The notes under the pieces: generated by a model
Told to the model about the DNA's origin: nothing
Seen by the model: only the letters and a program-made list of their open reading frames with translations
The model's database searches: none
Source: Tubulanus polymorphus
Taxonomy: Eukaryota; Animalia; Nemertea
Assembly (NCBI RefSeq): GCF_964204645.1
Contig: NC_134028.1
Coordinates: 14,639,653-14,703,652, forward strand
Length of the DNA: 64,000 nt
Direction of reading: 5' to 3'
Shown: positions 1-13,140 of the stretch, one piece after another
Layout of the letters: every line of letters begins with the position of its first letter
Position numbering within the stretch: position 1 is the stretch's first letter
Made by a program: the position numbers and the translations under genes

Positions 1-430
1 TACAAGGATTTGCCAACTTGTGAGAGACGTCAATTATAGTATTCTACAGGTCGTTTGTTAAGAATCCCTGACATCAGATGATACATTCGAAACGTCATGT
101 TCTCATATGAAACATCAATCGCACTCAGCAAACCTCAGAAAATGATTCAGATGAATAGGAGAGCCTAAACCAAAGCATCCTTTGAAGGTATGAACGCACA
201 TACACACAGTTAATGTAAACAAATGAAATAAAGTTCAACTTATTAGCACTAATGCCGCTCGTATCCATTCGCCCTGCCTATTTTTTCTCAAGCTGCCTGG
301 ACACTCTTATGTCTGCTGCGTAAAAATGGCTAGAGTCGGATTTGAACTCCATACCTACCCTTGAATTTTCCCGAGGAGCAATACACGCTACATAGTGAAA
401 TTCCTTTATGTGTGCTAATAGGTTGAACAA

Positions 431-559
431 GGAGAGAGTTGCACGAACGTTGGTTAAAGATAACCTCTGGATAAATATCATAACAACAATGGACTTGCAA
501 TTGTCACCATGTCAGCTATCTGATAGTTATCTCTAACCAACGTATGCGTAACTGGCCCC
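431..559. mobile_element. Small Harbinger-like MITE (degenerate)
   Basis: Imperfect terminal inverted repeats: gagttgcacgaacgttggttaaagataac ... gttatctctaaccaacgtatgcgtaactggcccc; GGGGCC-type end. Confidence 0.45.
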
Positions 560-829
560 TGCTGGGTATCTGTAGTATGCACCACGAACCGGTAGCTATA
601 AAATACGGTCCAAATTTACAAATTTACTCAGGCATTTGCTCGGCCGAGCATTATATCAGAAAGTTGTTTACCCGGGTTGGTTGGTGAAAGAGTCAGTGAA
701 AGTGCATACTGTAAATTGTTAAATGAATGAAACCATGCATGATGGAATAATTAAGCCAATTAAAGGTAATTCTCCCTGCATTTATTTGTTCACATGTATT
801 TTTTATTACCTTGCGTTTTCGTGATACTA

Positions 830-2420
830 GGTGTAAGAATTTTGCTAGGTGAAATGTCTACTCCTTATTGAAAATCGAGTTGAAGTATGGCCACCAGGGT
901 TGCCATCCATCTTGGATTTCTTTTCAGCACGATGCCTACACCAATTCTTGATGCCTTTTTACATGTAGTGTGATCTTTGGGGCAGCTAAAATTGGCTTGA
1001 CTTTTCATGTAAGGATATATTAACAGAAAATGGACATTATCACCACATAGCCTATACCATCTTAACTATTTTGAAACTTGTTACATCGTTACAATGTAAA
1101 TCTTTCTGTAAAAATTTGAATACTGAATCATTCTTCTACTGCGTCTTGAAGGTATAAGGCCTTGTTCTTTCATGTATTCCAAACAATTTGACAGTGCTTA
1201 ATATCATTTTAGTTTGTTATCGACCGACTACAGGATCGTGTGACTGTAAGCTTCATTTTGATGATTAATTTAAACTATGCATATTTTGTAGATTATCGGC
1301 CATTGTTTAGATACTTATTTAGCAAAGCTATTTTCTGTCCTATTCTCGAAGAATGGTCGACGTTGGAAATCCGGAACAGAGCGAAAGAGTAACGAGCGAA
1401 CTATTAGTTTGGAATATTAAAACTGGAATTGATATATTTTTAAACACAAACTATTTATATACATTGAGATACGAGACAGGTGGAGACATGGAAAATGATA
1501 GAAAAACAAAGGTGACGAGTAGTGACATGACAGAGACAAACAACGATCAACACATTCCGACACAGACAAACGGTCTCAGAGGACAATGGGTAATTAGATA
1601 GAGACATAAAACAATAAGGAGATATGAAATATAGATGAAATATGTATAACAATTATCAGTGACATTTAGTGTTGTTAAACTTACATCTGATGGTTGAGGG
1701 ACGCAACACATTTTCAACATTTCAAAGGTATGCTATCGAACTGTACATTAAAATGAAATGTAAAAAAAGTGGAATCTTTATCAAGATTTTCGTGAACATT
1801 TTACACGAGGAAATATTATTATCAAATAGATATTTTTTTTATTTTAAGGGCACTGTCTCGAACTTCTGTGAATCATTTTATTGAACAGGTGATTCCCCTA
1901 CATGTATTGCAGCGAAGCTGGAATGTATTTATCAGGCTACTCTCGTTCAACTGGAATGACGAGTTCATGTGTCCGAAATGTCTTTCCACTCCGCGTGTAA
2001 TAATTTGTGATGGGGTAGATACTGGCTTCAGGAAAGACTTTATTAAATCTGAGTCTTCCACATCATCAGATTCCCCAGAGTCATCACTAATTTCTGGAAC
2101 TAAACATCTAGACCGAGTATTAGTCCCATTACTAAAGCTTGAACGCTTCTACGGCAGTATGCGAGTCGTCAGGTGGCCGGATCAGCTCTGAAGGTACATA
2201 AGGAACCAGTTCCGTTAACACAGGCATAAAATGCAGACCTGAATAACTGTCTACACATGGAACATCTTCGTAGCTTATCCATGTTAATTTTGGAAAATGA
2301 ATCGTTGACTGCTAAGGAAAATGAGAGAGAATTGTGTAGAGCGCTTTCTTGTAATGGGCGTGTTTGTGCCCTTGTTCAGTCAAATAATCTAGAATTGACT
2401 ACAGTTCCTACAGTCCTGCT
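830..2420 (+). pseudogene. Degenerate Cys-cluster protein, possibly KDZ/Zisupton-type transposase fragment
   Basis: Broken frames with CDCKLHFD and, in ORF 1868-2191, FMCPKCLSTPRVIICDG (F-C-x2-C-x3-P-x2-I-x-DG), resembling CxC-associated KDZ transposases; many stops. Confidence 0.35.
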
Positions 2421-3379
2421 TGAGGCAGGTTGACTGTTTTCAAGTCGAGTGAGATTGCGAAATTGGATCAGTCACTCGGCCGAGTAAAGAACTTCTTAAA
2501 ATGATGCTCGACGTTGGTGGTTGGGTGTTACTAAAGCTATGCACTACTAAAACGAAGGCCGAAGACCTATGTGCTTTGCGAGACAAAAACTATGCATGAC
2601 TAAAATAAAGACTGAAGATCTATTAGAGACTTAAACTATAAGGGATGAAAACATGGTATTTTGAAAAACGCGGAAGTAAGTAAAACTACAAAAAACTGCA
2701 GTCGCGAGCACCAAAGGTGCTAAGCCCCTTACGGGGGGGTTGGGGGTCCTCCCCCAAGAAAATTTGTGAAAATTCAAGGGGTTCTTGGCCCATCTGAGGT
2801 CCATTATCCAGCATTGACTAATGACAAAATAAGACTGCTACCACGCGCGGTCGATCGTTTGCTGTTTATGTCTGGAGTCAATGAAAAGGATGGCTCCGAC
2901 AATATCCAAATCTTAGATACATATAGTGAGACCAGTTAGGTTCGAATCCCTAGCTGCATGTTTCAAATATTTTATAGCGGTAATTCCCTCAATTTGAATG
3001 CGAATGGTGCTGCTACGCAGGAAGTACGTTACTTTTCAAAAATATTTTAGGTTATTGTTCCAAATGTTTCAAAATTCTGATAAAAGCATATTGTATTCCA
3101 AAATGCATGTGTAAATTCTTTATAAATCAATCGCATGTTAACAAATTAATGTCTACTCACTTTCTATAAAAAAATTGTTGAATGATTCACCAATTATAGG
3201 AAAACTAATATGAGCATACAAACCAAAATTTTTTATTGATTTTTTTCAAATGCCTATAACACGAAGTGAAATTAAAAATAGTTTGTAACACTTCGATCAG
3301 ACTATGGTCCTAATTGTGTTGATACTTGTTTCTCCGTTTTTCCCCAATTTTTTAATTTTCTCCAGACGTTCTGCTCGTT

Positions 3380-5837
3380 TTACCTTCGCTTGAAGCGCAC
3401 TTGCAATGTCCGTGCCCTTCGTTTGGCGATTCTGGTCGTTTCCAGAGCTTGATGGTTAGTTAACCTTTGTTTTTGTTGGGTCCTTGCTTCTTCGAGCTCA
3501 TTCTTGTGTCGCTCAGCAGCTTTAGACATGTTTACTGCCAAGCCAGGATAAATTTGATCATGTTTGACATCATTCCGGTCAAAGAAATCAATAGCATATT
3601 TTTCAGCCAGCGAATGTCTAACAGTCTGCAATGCACTATACGTAGATATGTGCATCCTATTTGTCGTGGAGTCGACAATATCATACATCTCACTGAATGA
3701 GCTTTCCACTAGTGGACAGCTGAAGCAACTCATCAGTGCGAAAGCCATCTTCGACGGTATAGGGTAGTCATCATTTAAGTCAGTCCAACCAATCAGCGAT
3801 ATTTTGTTCCTCATTCACAGACAGTAACTGGCCACCATTGTACCGATGCACGTCGTAAAGGTACTCGTCTTTCTCATCCTCTTTCAAAATATTTGGTGCT
3901 ATATTAGGTAGGTCTTTGAGATAACATAGAGTGAGCTGGTGACCACGGCATGCTGGATCGATCGCAGATATTCTGAGAAGTGCTTTGTTATTCAACTGCA
4001 ACTTGCTCAAAAGGTATTTAGCGCCAGATACATGTGCTTGTCGAACTTTTTGGTAGATGTCCCTAACAATCGGGTCTGTTGAACTTTTTTCAATAATTTT
4101 TGGTACCTGGTCTCCCATAAACATATCTTTTGCCGACATTGTACTGGCATCAATATCCATTTCGGCTAACTTTCTGTCGGATACCGGAATCAGCTCAGGC
4201 TTGACGAAGCAGCACAAAAAATTTCTACATAATTTAACCTGCTCGTCTATCAACTTAGAAACTAATGGTTCGTTTTTTTGGAATTTGAGAACATATTTCT
4301 GCAAAACGGGAAAGACTGATATTAGGAAGTTCATATAGAGCATTTGTTTACGATCAACAAATAATTTGGATGTGATGCGTTGCTTTCTAGATTTTCCGTC
4401 CACTATAATCTTTCCAATCGAAGTCTGTATTACTCTGATGCGAGTGTTTGCCGCCTCCGAGACACCCCATTTCTACACAACGGCTCAGATACGTAATTTG
4501 ATCTCCTGAATCCAAGAAGACATAATAAAATATCGTATACAAATCGAATTTCATTCGAAGGTCAACGGCAGCATCATGTACAGACAGCCATCTAGTACTG
4601 ACATATCTTTCTGGCATAGTAAATGTTCCGCGAATGAGGCAGCTAATTTCCATCATGTAATCGCGCAAATCGGAAGACCATTTTAAATCATTATACAAGT
4701 CCGAGATTAAAGTTTCTACAATTTTACCAAAGCAGCCTGTGATCTGTTTAGACGCATTGTGGACATGATGGACAGAGTCGCCATCAATATCTAGAAGGTG
4801 CGGGATCTCTTCACGGAGCCTGGTCTCCACACCACTCTCCTTGCCCCTCATTACATTGCAGCTATCGGACAGTACCGACACAAGTTGGTCATATGGTATT
4901 CCTCGTCTGTTCAACTCTCCCAAAATTGCATTGAATATGTTTTCGCGGTTTGCGGTGACAAGTTCAACTGATGTCAGATGGCGGAAAACAACATTCTTCT
5001 CACTGGGCGAGTAATAACTGACAAGAATAGTCAGCACCTTTTTAAAATTCAAACTCGTTGCTTCGTCCACATTTAACGAAAAGTAGTTTTTATTCAAGTC
5101 GGTGCTGAGAACATCAACTAAAGTTTTGGCAAGACCCTGCTTCATTTTATATGATGCAGTTATACGAGACATTTTCAAACGAGACAAAGCATTCCTGTCC
5201 TTGGCAAATGATTTTGAAAGTCTTATTAAATCCGGAGCTATTGAAAATGGTAAATTATGTTCTGCAATGAATCCGAGTAAAATAGCTTCAGAATTATGAA
5301 TATGGTCTTGGATAGGGATCAACGGTGCGGGTGCAGGCCGGTTATGACTGGAACTTGATGATAAACATTTCTGAAACATGGGGTGGATACCATATGGTTC
5401 ATTTCGACCCTGAGATTTCTCTGCAAGACAAGAAAGGCCATTATCCGTCAATGTAGGCTCCATATTATGGATGGATCTTGGAATTAAATGATAAATCCAT
5501 GAATTAGGCCTAATAATAATTTGCGACTGAAAAATGAATGAGATCTACCTGATCCGGGTAAAGAATAATTCGTCTTTCTTACCATGATAATATCTCGATG
5601 TTTCGTTGATTTGCAGTGATCGGACAGTGCTGCCTTTCCTCTTCCACCATATTTGATTTCAGCATTACACCATAGGCAAATAGCTTTAGCAGGTATATTA
5701 ACCTTTCTGATACACTAGTTCAAAGTGATTTCCTCAACCTCAGTCTCCAACCAGGACCAGTTCCATTTATACTTAATCCCTGAGTCAATGGTTGAGGGGT
5801 CCAAAGCGGAGCCCCTATCTATAATTTTCCTATCCAT
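3380..5837 (-). pseudogene. hAT-superfamily transposase, frameshifted
   Basis: N-terminal BED-like Zn finger (AICLWCNAEI...LSDHCKSTKH, exon about 5550-5837); FSLNVDEAT, SVLSDSCNVMRG, STRWLS, and C-terminal CPLVESSFS across ORFs 4387-5463, 3780-4403 and 3380-3814. Confidence 0.8.
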
Positions 5838-5894
5838 TGCTCAGAACCAACACAAAGTGCGTGGATTGAAACAATGACTAATTTTATTATTGAT

Positions 5895-6003
<109 letters not shown>

Positions 6004-6368
6004 CTTGTTGAATGAATGCGCGACCGCAAATTCTAAATATAAATCTTCCGTGCAGCGCCAGCGCTATCATTTACAATTATTGATTTGTTGAAACTCGCAC
6101 TGACAGGTGGCTTTAGACAATAATGATGATTCGCAACGATGTTGTATATGAGAGTTTTAGAGATCGTAGCACTGGTTTTATAAGACGCTTTTACGGTCAT
6201 CATCATCATCATCTTTATTTTCCTTCACAATTTCAGTTACATATAATGCAAAATCATCATTACCGGTAATACACAGATATACTTGAATAGATATTTCAAT
6301 ATAAGTGAATAAATAAATGGATTTATTTCACAGTATATATAACAGAATTAGAGAGGAGGGAGCAGTAA

Positions 6369-7245
6369 CAGGGTTCCTGCACATTAAAATCAACCAAATT
6401 CCATGACTTTCCATGATATTTTTAGTCAATTTTCCATGACTTTCCCTGACAAACAGCCATAAAATTATATGACTTTCCAGAAAATCAAGGAATTTCAACC
6501 CCAAAATTCCATGAATTTCCAGAAACTCGCCCTGAAATGTAAATTTACACTTACCAGACAAAATATTTACAACTATGTACAACACTACTAACAGTTCTTA
6601 AGCTAGTTCATCTGATCTTAGTTGCTGTTCCAGCTGCTCAATCTTCTTTTGAGCTTCTGTTATTTCAGCATCCTTTTCTTTTGCTGATTTTCTGAGTGCA
6701 TTTGACTCTAGTAACAGTTTTTTTATTTCTCTACTGGTTTCAGCCTTTTCGCAGAGTTCATCTGCAGATTTTATCAGAGTAGCTTTACTTGATTCAAGAT
6801 GACGTTTCTTCTGCTTTACAACTGATATCTCATCTGTAACCAATTACCGCTTCTCAGCAGAACTAGAAGTTTGGCTAGACTTCTTTAGGTCATCCAGGTA
6901 CTTGCGGTATTTTGTCCGTGCATTAGAAACATATGAGAGGCATGCGAAAGATATTTCAATCTTTTCTAATCCACCTATTTCACGTAGATGGTCCACAATT
7001 GACCGCTGAGCTACAAGTGTATTTTCTTTCATACTTGTAGTGAGGATTTCTTTGTTGAAACAAAATCCCCTTTCAACTTGGCTTTGGCCATGAGATAGTA
7101 TCAGTATCATTTTCACTATAGTGACCAGGGAGCTGTAGTTGTTCTACTCAAAACAAGAAATCAAGAACTTGTCCAGACTTCAACTCTTAAGTGCATCGTA
7201 CTTGGAGAATAGATCTCTTTCAGCGGAATCATGTAATGCACTAAC
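6369..7245 (-). mobile_element. 3' end of a second hAT element with transposase C-terminus
   Basis: Terminus CAGGGTTCC with repeated TTCCATGACTTT subterminal motifs; ORF 6844-7116 has LSHGQSQVERGF (hAT dimerisation motif); truncated at the hairpin at 7246. Confidence 0.75.
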
Positions 7246-7367
7246 AGTAATAGGGTTTTAGTTGTTCTATACCAAAGGTCATGAGGTCGAAAAATAAATT
7301 CTCGCACACTCAAATTTATTTTTCGACCTTCCAACCTTTGATATAGAACAACTTAAACCCTATTACT
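7246..7367. repeat. ~122-bp imperfect palindrome (hairpin)
   Basis: AGTAATAGGGTTTTAGTTGTTCTATACCAAAGGT ... ACCTTTGATATAGAACAACTTAAACCCTATTACT. Confidence 0.9.
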
Positions 7368-7630
7368 TTAAATCTAAATATGTTAAATTCTTGATTTTAA
7401 CATAAAAAGTAACGAGTAATTAACAAGTGAAAACTTGCGTCGAGAAAACAGTGAATATCTATATTTATATGTGTTAAATTCTTATTTTAACATAAAATTA
7501 ACGAGTAATTAACGAGTTGAAGAAAATATCAGCCCAATAAGGGTAAAAAAATATTTTAAAGCGTAAGGTTTCAGCGAACTCTAACTCTTTTTCAATTTTT
7601 AACTAATTTTAATAAAAATTTGATATATAA

Positions 7631-8180
7631 ATGTGCTCAAGATTGATTTAAGTTCCCGCAAAAGACATGAATAATAAATATATGAATTCAATATTGTATT
7701 ATTTAACTGTTAACAATAATTTAGCTGATATTTCAGGAGTAAATATACATAAGTATTATAAATCTGAAAATAATGAATTAATTGAAACGTCAGATATATT
7801 TTGCGATAATATAATGCTTTATAAAATCATGTTAGAAAAAGAAATTATTAAAGAAAATAGGCCAACTTTTCTTAATGTTAATCAGAGAAAGATAACCCAT
7901 TATGAAATAGAATGTTTTAATCATGGAAATATTATATTGGATAACTTAGCTATAAAAATTACACGTGTTTTAACAATTCATGATGATAATTCAAAATCAT
8001 ATATCTTAAGTAGAATTAATCAAGAATTAAAATTAACAGATTATAAAGCAGTATTTAAAATTTCATTATGCAATCAAAAAATGGATAATATTGAAAAATT
8101 ATTGAATGAAAAAAATTACAATATATTAGATGTAGATGTTACACAAGATTTTAAAGGATCATTTAATTCAGATGAAATAA
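7631..8180 (+). pseudogene. Polinton-associated hypothetical protein, fused by deletion to PolB
   Basis: ORF 7667-8338 switches at about 8180 to PolB-like sequence (SIPYSFY...FYDELKNEYVKDEDY...IWNHF). Confidence 0.5.
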
Positions 8181-9962
8181 AATCAATTCCATATTCATTT
8201 TATAAATCACATAATGTTTTCAATATTACTGAATTATTAAAAGAACAATTCTATGATGAATTAAAAAATGAATATGTTAAAGATGAAGACTATAATAGAA
8301 CATTGAATATTTGGAATCATTTTAAAATAACAAATTGACAATTAGTAGATTTATATTTAAAATCTGATGTATTATTATTAACTGATATATTCGAAAGGTT
8401 TAGAGATGTAAACCTAAAATATTTTAATATTGATCCTTGCCATTGTTATTCATCACCAGGATTAACTTGGGATTGTGGTTTAAAATTTACAGATATAAAA
8501 ATGTATTTGTTAACAAATATAGATCAATTATTATTATTTGAAAAATCTATAAGAGGAGGAGTTTCAGGTGTATTAGGGGATAGATATTTCAATGTAAATG
8601 ATAACCCTGGATATAAGTTATTATATATAGATGCAAATAATCTATATGCTTGGGCAATGATGGAACCACAGCCATATGGAGTATTTGAAATAAGTGAAGT
8701 TTTACAACATGAAAATAATGATAAATTTGATTGGAAGAAAAGAATCCTAGATATTGCAGATGATTCAGAGACTGGTTACTTCTTTGTTGTAGACTTGGAA
8801 TATCCCGAAGATAAAAAATTTAAATCTAGAAATCTAGCATATTGTCCCGAACATAAAACTGTTACGCATGAAGAATTATCAAATTATCAAAAAAGAATTT
8901 AACCTGAAAATCATATTCATACAGAAAAGTTAATGGTAACTCAGGAAGATAAATATAATTATGTAGTGCATTATAGAATGTTGAAGTTTTATTTGAATCA
9001 AGGAATGGTTCTAAAAAAGTGCATAGATATATTTCATTTAGTCAATCTAAATGGTTAGAAAAATATATAGATTTTAACACCAAACAGAGAACTAAAGCTA
9101 AAACTGATTTTGAGAAAGATTTCTTCAAACTAATGAATAATGCATTCTATGGTAAGACTTGTGAAAATATTAGAAATAGAAATGATATTGAGTAAGTTAG
9201 TAATGGTAAAAGAATTAGACATTTACAAACATATCCTAAGTTCATAGGTAACAGAATATTTGATGATATTTAGCTGCAGTTAAAATGAGGAGAACATCTA
9301 TGAAATTTAATAAACCAATTTATGTTGTAGCTACAGTTTTAGAAATATCGAAGTTATTAATGTATGAATTCTATTATAACGTATTACAACCTCATTTTGG
9401 AGAAAAGCATATAGAAATCTTATATTTTGTTACAGATTCTTACATATTAAAGATAAAAACTAATAACATAACAGATGATTTAAAAACATTAAAACATCAT
9501 TTTGATTTTAGTAATTATCCTAAAGATCATGAATTGTTTAACAATGATAATAAAAAGGTGCCTGGTAAATTCAAAGATGAATTAGAAGGTGAAGAAATGA
9601 TAGAATTTATAGGTATTCGATCTAAAATGTATTCATATAAAACTAAAACTCATGAATCAAAGAAATTGAAAGGAATAACCAAAAGTGTAGTAGAAAAGAA
9701 TATTCATTTCAAAGATTACATCAATTGTTTATTCAATGAAGAAGTTAGAAAACATAAGATGAGATGTTTAAGAACTGAAGATCATGAAATTTTTATTGAA
9801 AAGGTAGAGAAGATAAGTCTAAACCCATTTGATGATAAAAGATATATTTTAGATGATGGTATACACACAGTTAGTTATGGTTGCAATTTAGATGAATACT
9901 TAAGATTTAAAAGAGAAGAAACAAAAGAGAATGAGATAATGAAAAGAATTCTAGCGTGTTAA
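8180..9962 (+). pseudogene. polB: Protein-primed family B DNA polymerase (Polinton type), intein-free allele
   Basis: LYLKSDVLLLTDIFE, SIRGGVS, motif A LYIDANNLYAWAM, motif B FFKLMNNAFYGKT, motif C region YFVTDSY, PGKFKDE, KLKGI, FDDKRY; several stops and frameshifts. Confidence 0.93.
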
Positions 9963-9991
9963 TAAAATTTTAATTAAAATATGTATTATAA

Positions 9992-10345
9992 ATGGAGAGT
10001 AAACAAGCACACAGTGAAAACAACAAATCATTTCTAGATATAATAAAAGATATCACAAATGTCAAATCAGTAGATAATAAATTTAAGAAGTTATCAGAAT
10101 TAACAATTCATAAGAAATATTTAATTACAAATATTGATACAGTTACTAATAGATTTGGTAGTAGATTAGTTATCCACTTTGAATATGAAGGACTGAAAGG
10201 AAATACATATAAATTCAGAACATATTTACCAGATAGATTTAATAGATTATCAAGTGAAGATTTAGAAGAATTAAGTTCAGGTGATTTCTATTTCATATAC
10301 AAAGGTAAGAATGTAAAAGGGCACCATGAAATAGATTTCGAATAA
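9992..10345 (+). CDS. Polinton-associated hypothetical protein (117 aa)
   Basis: Intact ORF; close paralog at 23230-23580. Confidence 0.7.
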   Translation: MESKQAHSENNKSFLDIIKDITNVKSVDNKFKKLSELTIHKKYLITNIDTVTNRFGSRLVIHFEYEGLKGNTYKFRTYLPDRFNRLSSEDLEELSSGDFYFIYKGKNVKGHHEIDFE

Positions 10346-10362
10346 GAAAATATGTAAAATAA

Positions 10363-12361
10363 ATGGTAGAATTAAAAGAATATAGAATATTTGTTGATTC
10401 TAGAAAACTGTTAAATTCTAAATCACATAATTTACTAGTACAATTAGATAGAGGATTTAAGAATTGTGTTGATTTAAAATCAGTAAATGTAAGTTTATGT
10501 AATTCTTTTTAGCCCACTTGGGAATTTAGTCCCAGCGGGCTATTGCGTTCACTTTTCGTCCGTCGTCCGTTCGTCCGTCCGTCCGTAGACGGAATCCAGT
10601 TATTTTGGGAAGTTTTGAAGACGCTTCAAGGTAATGTCTTGATATTTGGGTTACACATGTATCTACCCTAGACACATCTTCAGCCCAAAAACTGGCCCTG
10701 TCAGATTCAAGATGGCCGACTGGCAGCCATTGTTGTTCGCCAAAATCAGCACTTTTTACACATTTTTGAACTTTTTGAGGGAAATTTTGAAGACGCTTTG
10801 ATCAATTACCTTGATCTTTCGGATATATGTGAATTCCCCCAGGGCCCATCAGCATAAAAAAAATTAGGTCGATCGGACTCAAGATGGCCGTCCTATGACC
10901 TTTTTAGTGCCCAAAATGTCCTGTAGCTTCCTACTGGTTTATCATTTCTCATTGCAATTTGTGATGGGTATTCTTTGGAAAGGGATGTTTTATACCTGAG
11001 ACAGGTATTTTTCATCAGCCAATTATGACGCAATTGGCGGCCATCTTGGTGTCAGCAGTACTCGTTCGTAAGTGAAAAAAGTTTTTCACATTATATTGAT
11101 ACCAAAGCGTATTTTGTTACCACAATCATTTAGAAAGTTGTAGCTCATAACGTGTTCTATGATTGTGGTGAGTTTCAAGGTCATTGGTTTTTGTATATGG
11201 CGACCAGTGGGCGTTGAATAATGCAATATCTTAGTATTTCTATATTATATTCGTATCAATGCATATTTTGTAACCACAATCAATTGCAAAGTTGTAGCTC
11301 ATGACATCATCTATAATTGTGGCAAGTTTTAAGGCCATTAGTTATTCTATATGGTCACCAGGGGGCGTTAAATAGTAGAATAACTTAGTATTTCCTTATT
11401 ATATTGGTGCCTAGGCATATTTTGTTACCATGATCAATTACAAAGTTATAGTTCGTGACATTTTCTATGATTGTGGTGAGTTTCAAGGTCATTGGGTTTT
11501 GAATATGGTCACCAGGGGGCGTTGAATAGTAGAATAACTTAGTATTTCCATATTAAAGTGGTAACGAGGCATATTTTGTTATCACAATCAATTACAAAAT
11601 CGTAGCTGCTGACATGTTCTATGATTGTGGTGAGTTTCAAGGTCATTGGATTCTGTATATGGTCACCAGGGGGCGTTGAATATTGAAATTGTTAGATTGT
11701 TGAGCATTTGGAACCACTTCCCAAGTGGGCATGGTGACCCTGGACCCCTAGTTATAATATATGGGATAAAACCTTTGAACATAAAGGGTTTATGATTTAT
11801 ATGAGAAATAAAGATAAATGGTTTCATCTATTTTTAAAACCAGGATTATATAATTTAGAATTATTAGCGCAGGAAATTAATAGAAGAGCTCGGTTGAAAA
11901 TCGGGGGCACTTCTGTATTTGAAATTAAATTTAATAAAATTGATAGTACTAATAAAATAAGAATAAAGATATCTAATGAACAACATAAATTTATGGTAAA
12001 CAAACCAATGGCTAAAATGTTAGGAATTAAACCGCTTACAGTTACTGGAAACGCAGAAGGCATCTCAGATATAATACCTTTTACACACTTTTATATTTAT
12101 TGCAATTTAATCGATCCTACAAAAACTTTCGAAGCAACTAAAGAAACAATTTGTAGTTCTAATATATTAAATATTTTACCGCTAAAAAATGTTAAACAAT
12201 ATGGAACTCAAATAAATTATAATTTAACAGAATGTGATTTCAAACCATGCATTCCTCATTTTAATAATTTTAGATTAGAAATTAGAAATCATAATGGATA
12301 TTTAATTGATTTAGATAATTTTCCTGTGATATATGAATTAGTTATAAGATGTAGAGAATAA
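10363..12361 (+). pseudogene. Putative minor capsid (penton) protein, split by HINE insertion
   Basis: N-terminus MVELKEYRIFVDSR at 10363; resumes after 11751 with KPGLYN, FYIYCNLID and LEIRNHNGYLIDLDNFPVIYELVIR, matching the Polinton minor capsid pattern. Confidence 0.65.
10509..11751 (+). mobile_element. Helentron-associated non-autonomous element (HINE/DINE-1-like), family 1
   Basis: Inserted in a T run; subterminal inverted repeats GCCCACTTGGGAA / TTCCCAAGTGGGC, 5' hairpin, (GTCC)n microsatellite, ~154-bp internal tandem repeats (11100-11690), 3' end ...CTAG-TT; empty site visible in paralog near 23716. Confidence 0.8.
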
Positions 12362-12377
12362 TTTTTTCACTATATAA

Positions 12378-13020
12378 ATGAATATAACTGTTGGGCCGAG
12401 CATATGTTTTGGATTTGATTTTAAACATGAGAAAGAAATAAAATTTAGCATTACTGATGAAATTACACATATTAGAAATATTGCATTTTCTAATTAAACA
12501 ACATTTGAGTATGAAAAAACAATAGATAAAGAAACTTTAAATGTAGAAAAGATTACTAATTTAATTAGAGAATCTTTTAAGATTTTATGAATTAGATGAA
12601 GATTTTATCATTGATGATATTAAAAGAATACTAACTGAAATATATGAAAATGAAACTAATAATACTGTAAATGTTGAAATAATTATAACTAAGATAAATG
12701 AATATTTTGAAGATAGTAATTTTTTTGATAAATAAATGAGTGATAATAAGTGGATAATAACTGGATTATATAATGGAGCATTATTATCAGTTGGAACTGT
12801 TGGTTATTCAATGGTATAAAAAAAAGTATTTAAAATGGGAAGTGTTAATGTTGATAGATTTGATATCAATGATATTTTAAAATTAACATTAGCAGTTACT
12901 TTATCTAATTTAACTATTGATTATTTGGAAAAACAAAAATATATTCCTCCTATATAAATGTATAATTTTTTGCTAAATAAATGGCATCTGCAATTATAAC
13001 GATTATAGGATCGGCAATTG
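12378..13020 (+). pseudogene. Cluster of small Polinton-associated ORFs, including hydrophobic proteins
   Basis: MNITVGPS... (12378), MSDNKWIITGLYNGALLSVG... (12736), MASAIITIIGSAI (12981, truncated); repeated at 24354-26170 and 34800-35846. Confidence 0.65.
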
Positions 13021-13065
13021 CCACTCGCCGTGTCGCGTACTCCCACTAACGGTAAAAGACGCGTC

Positions 13066-13140
13066 CTGTCCTGTGGCAGGGTGGATAAGGTGTTTGACTC
13101 ACAACTGAGAGGTTGAGGGTTCGAATCCTAGTGACACCAT
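13066..13140 (+). mobile_element. tRNA-derived SINE head or tRNA-like pseudogene
   Basis: A-box-like TGGCAGGGTGG and B box GGTTCGAATCC at tRNA spacing; stems imperfect. Confidence 0.45.

Larger units (their letters stand above)
7368..13020 (+). mobile_element. Polinton/Maverick-like endogenous virus, segment A (decayed)
   Basis: Very AT-rich, intronless, tightly packed ORFs: pPolB, 117-aa ORF, minor capsid-like ORF and three small ORFs, in the same order as the copies at 23.2 and 34.5 kb. Confidence 0.85.

Noticed and set aside
13066-13140. Functional tRNA gene
   Set aside because: A and B boxes are present but acceptor, anticodon and T stems pair poorly; better explained as a SINE head or pseudogene
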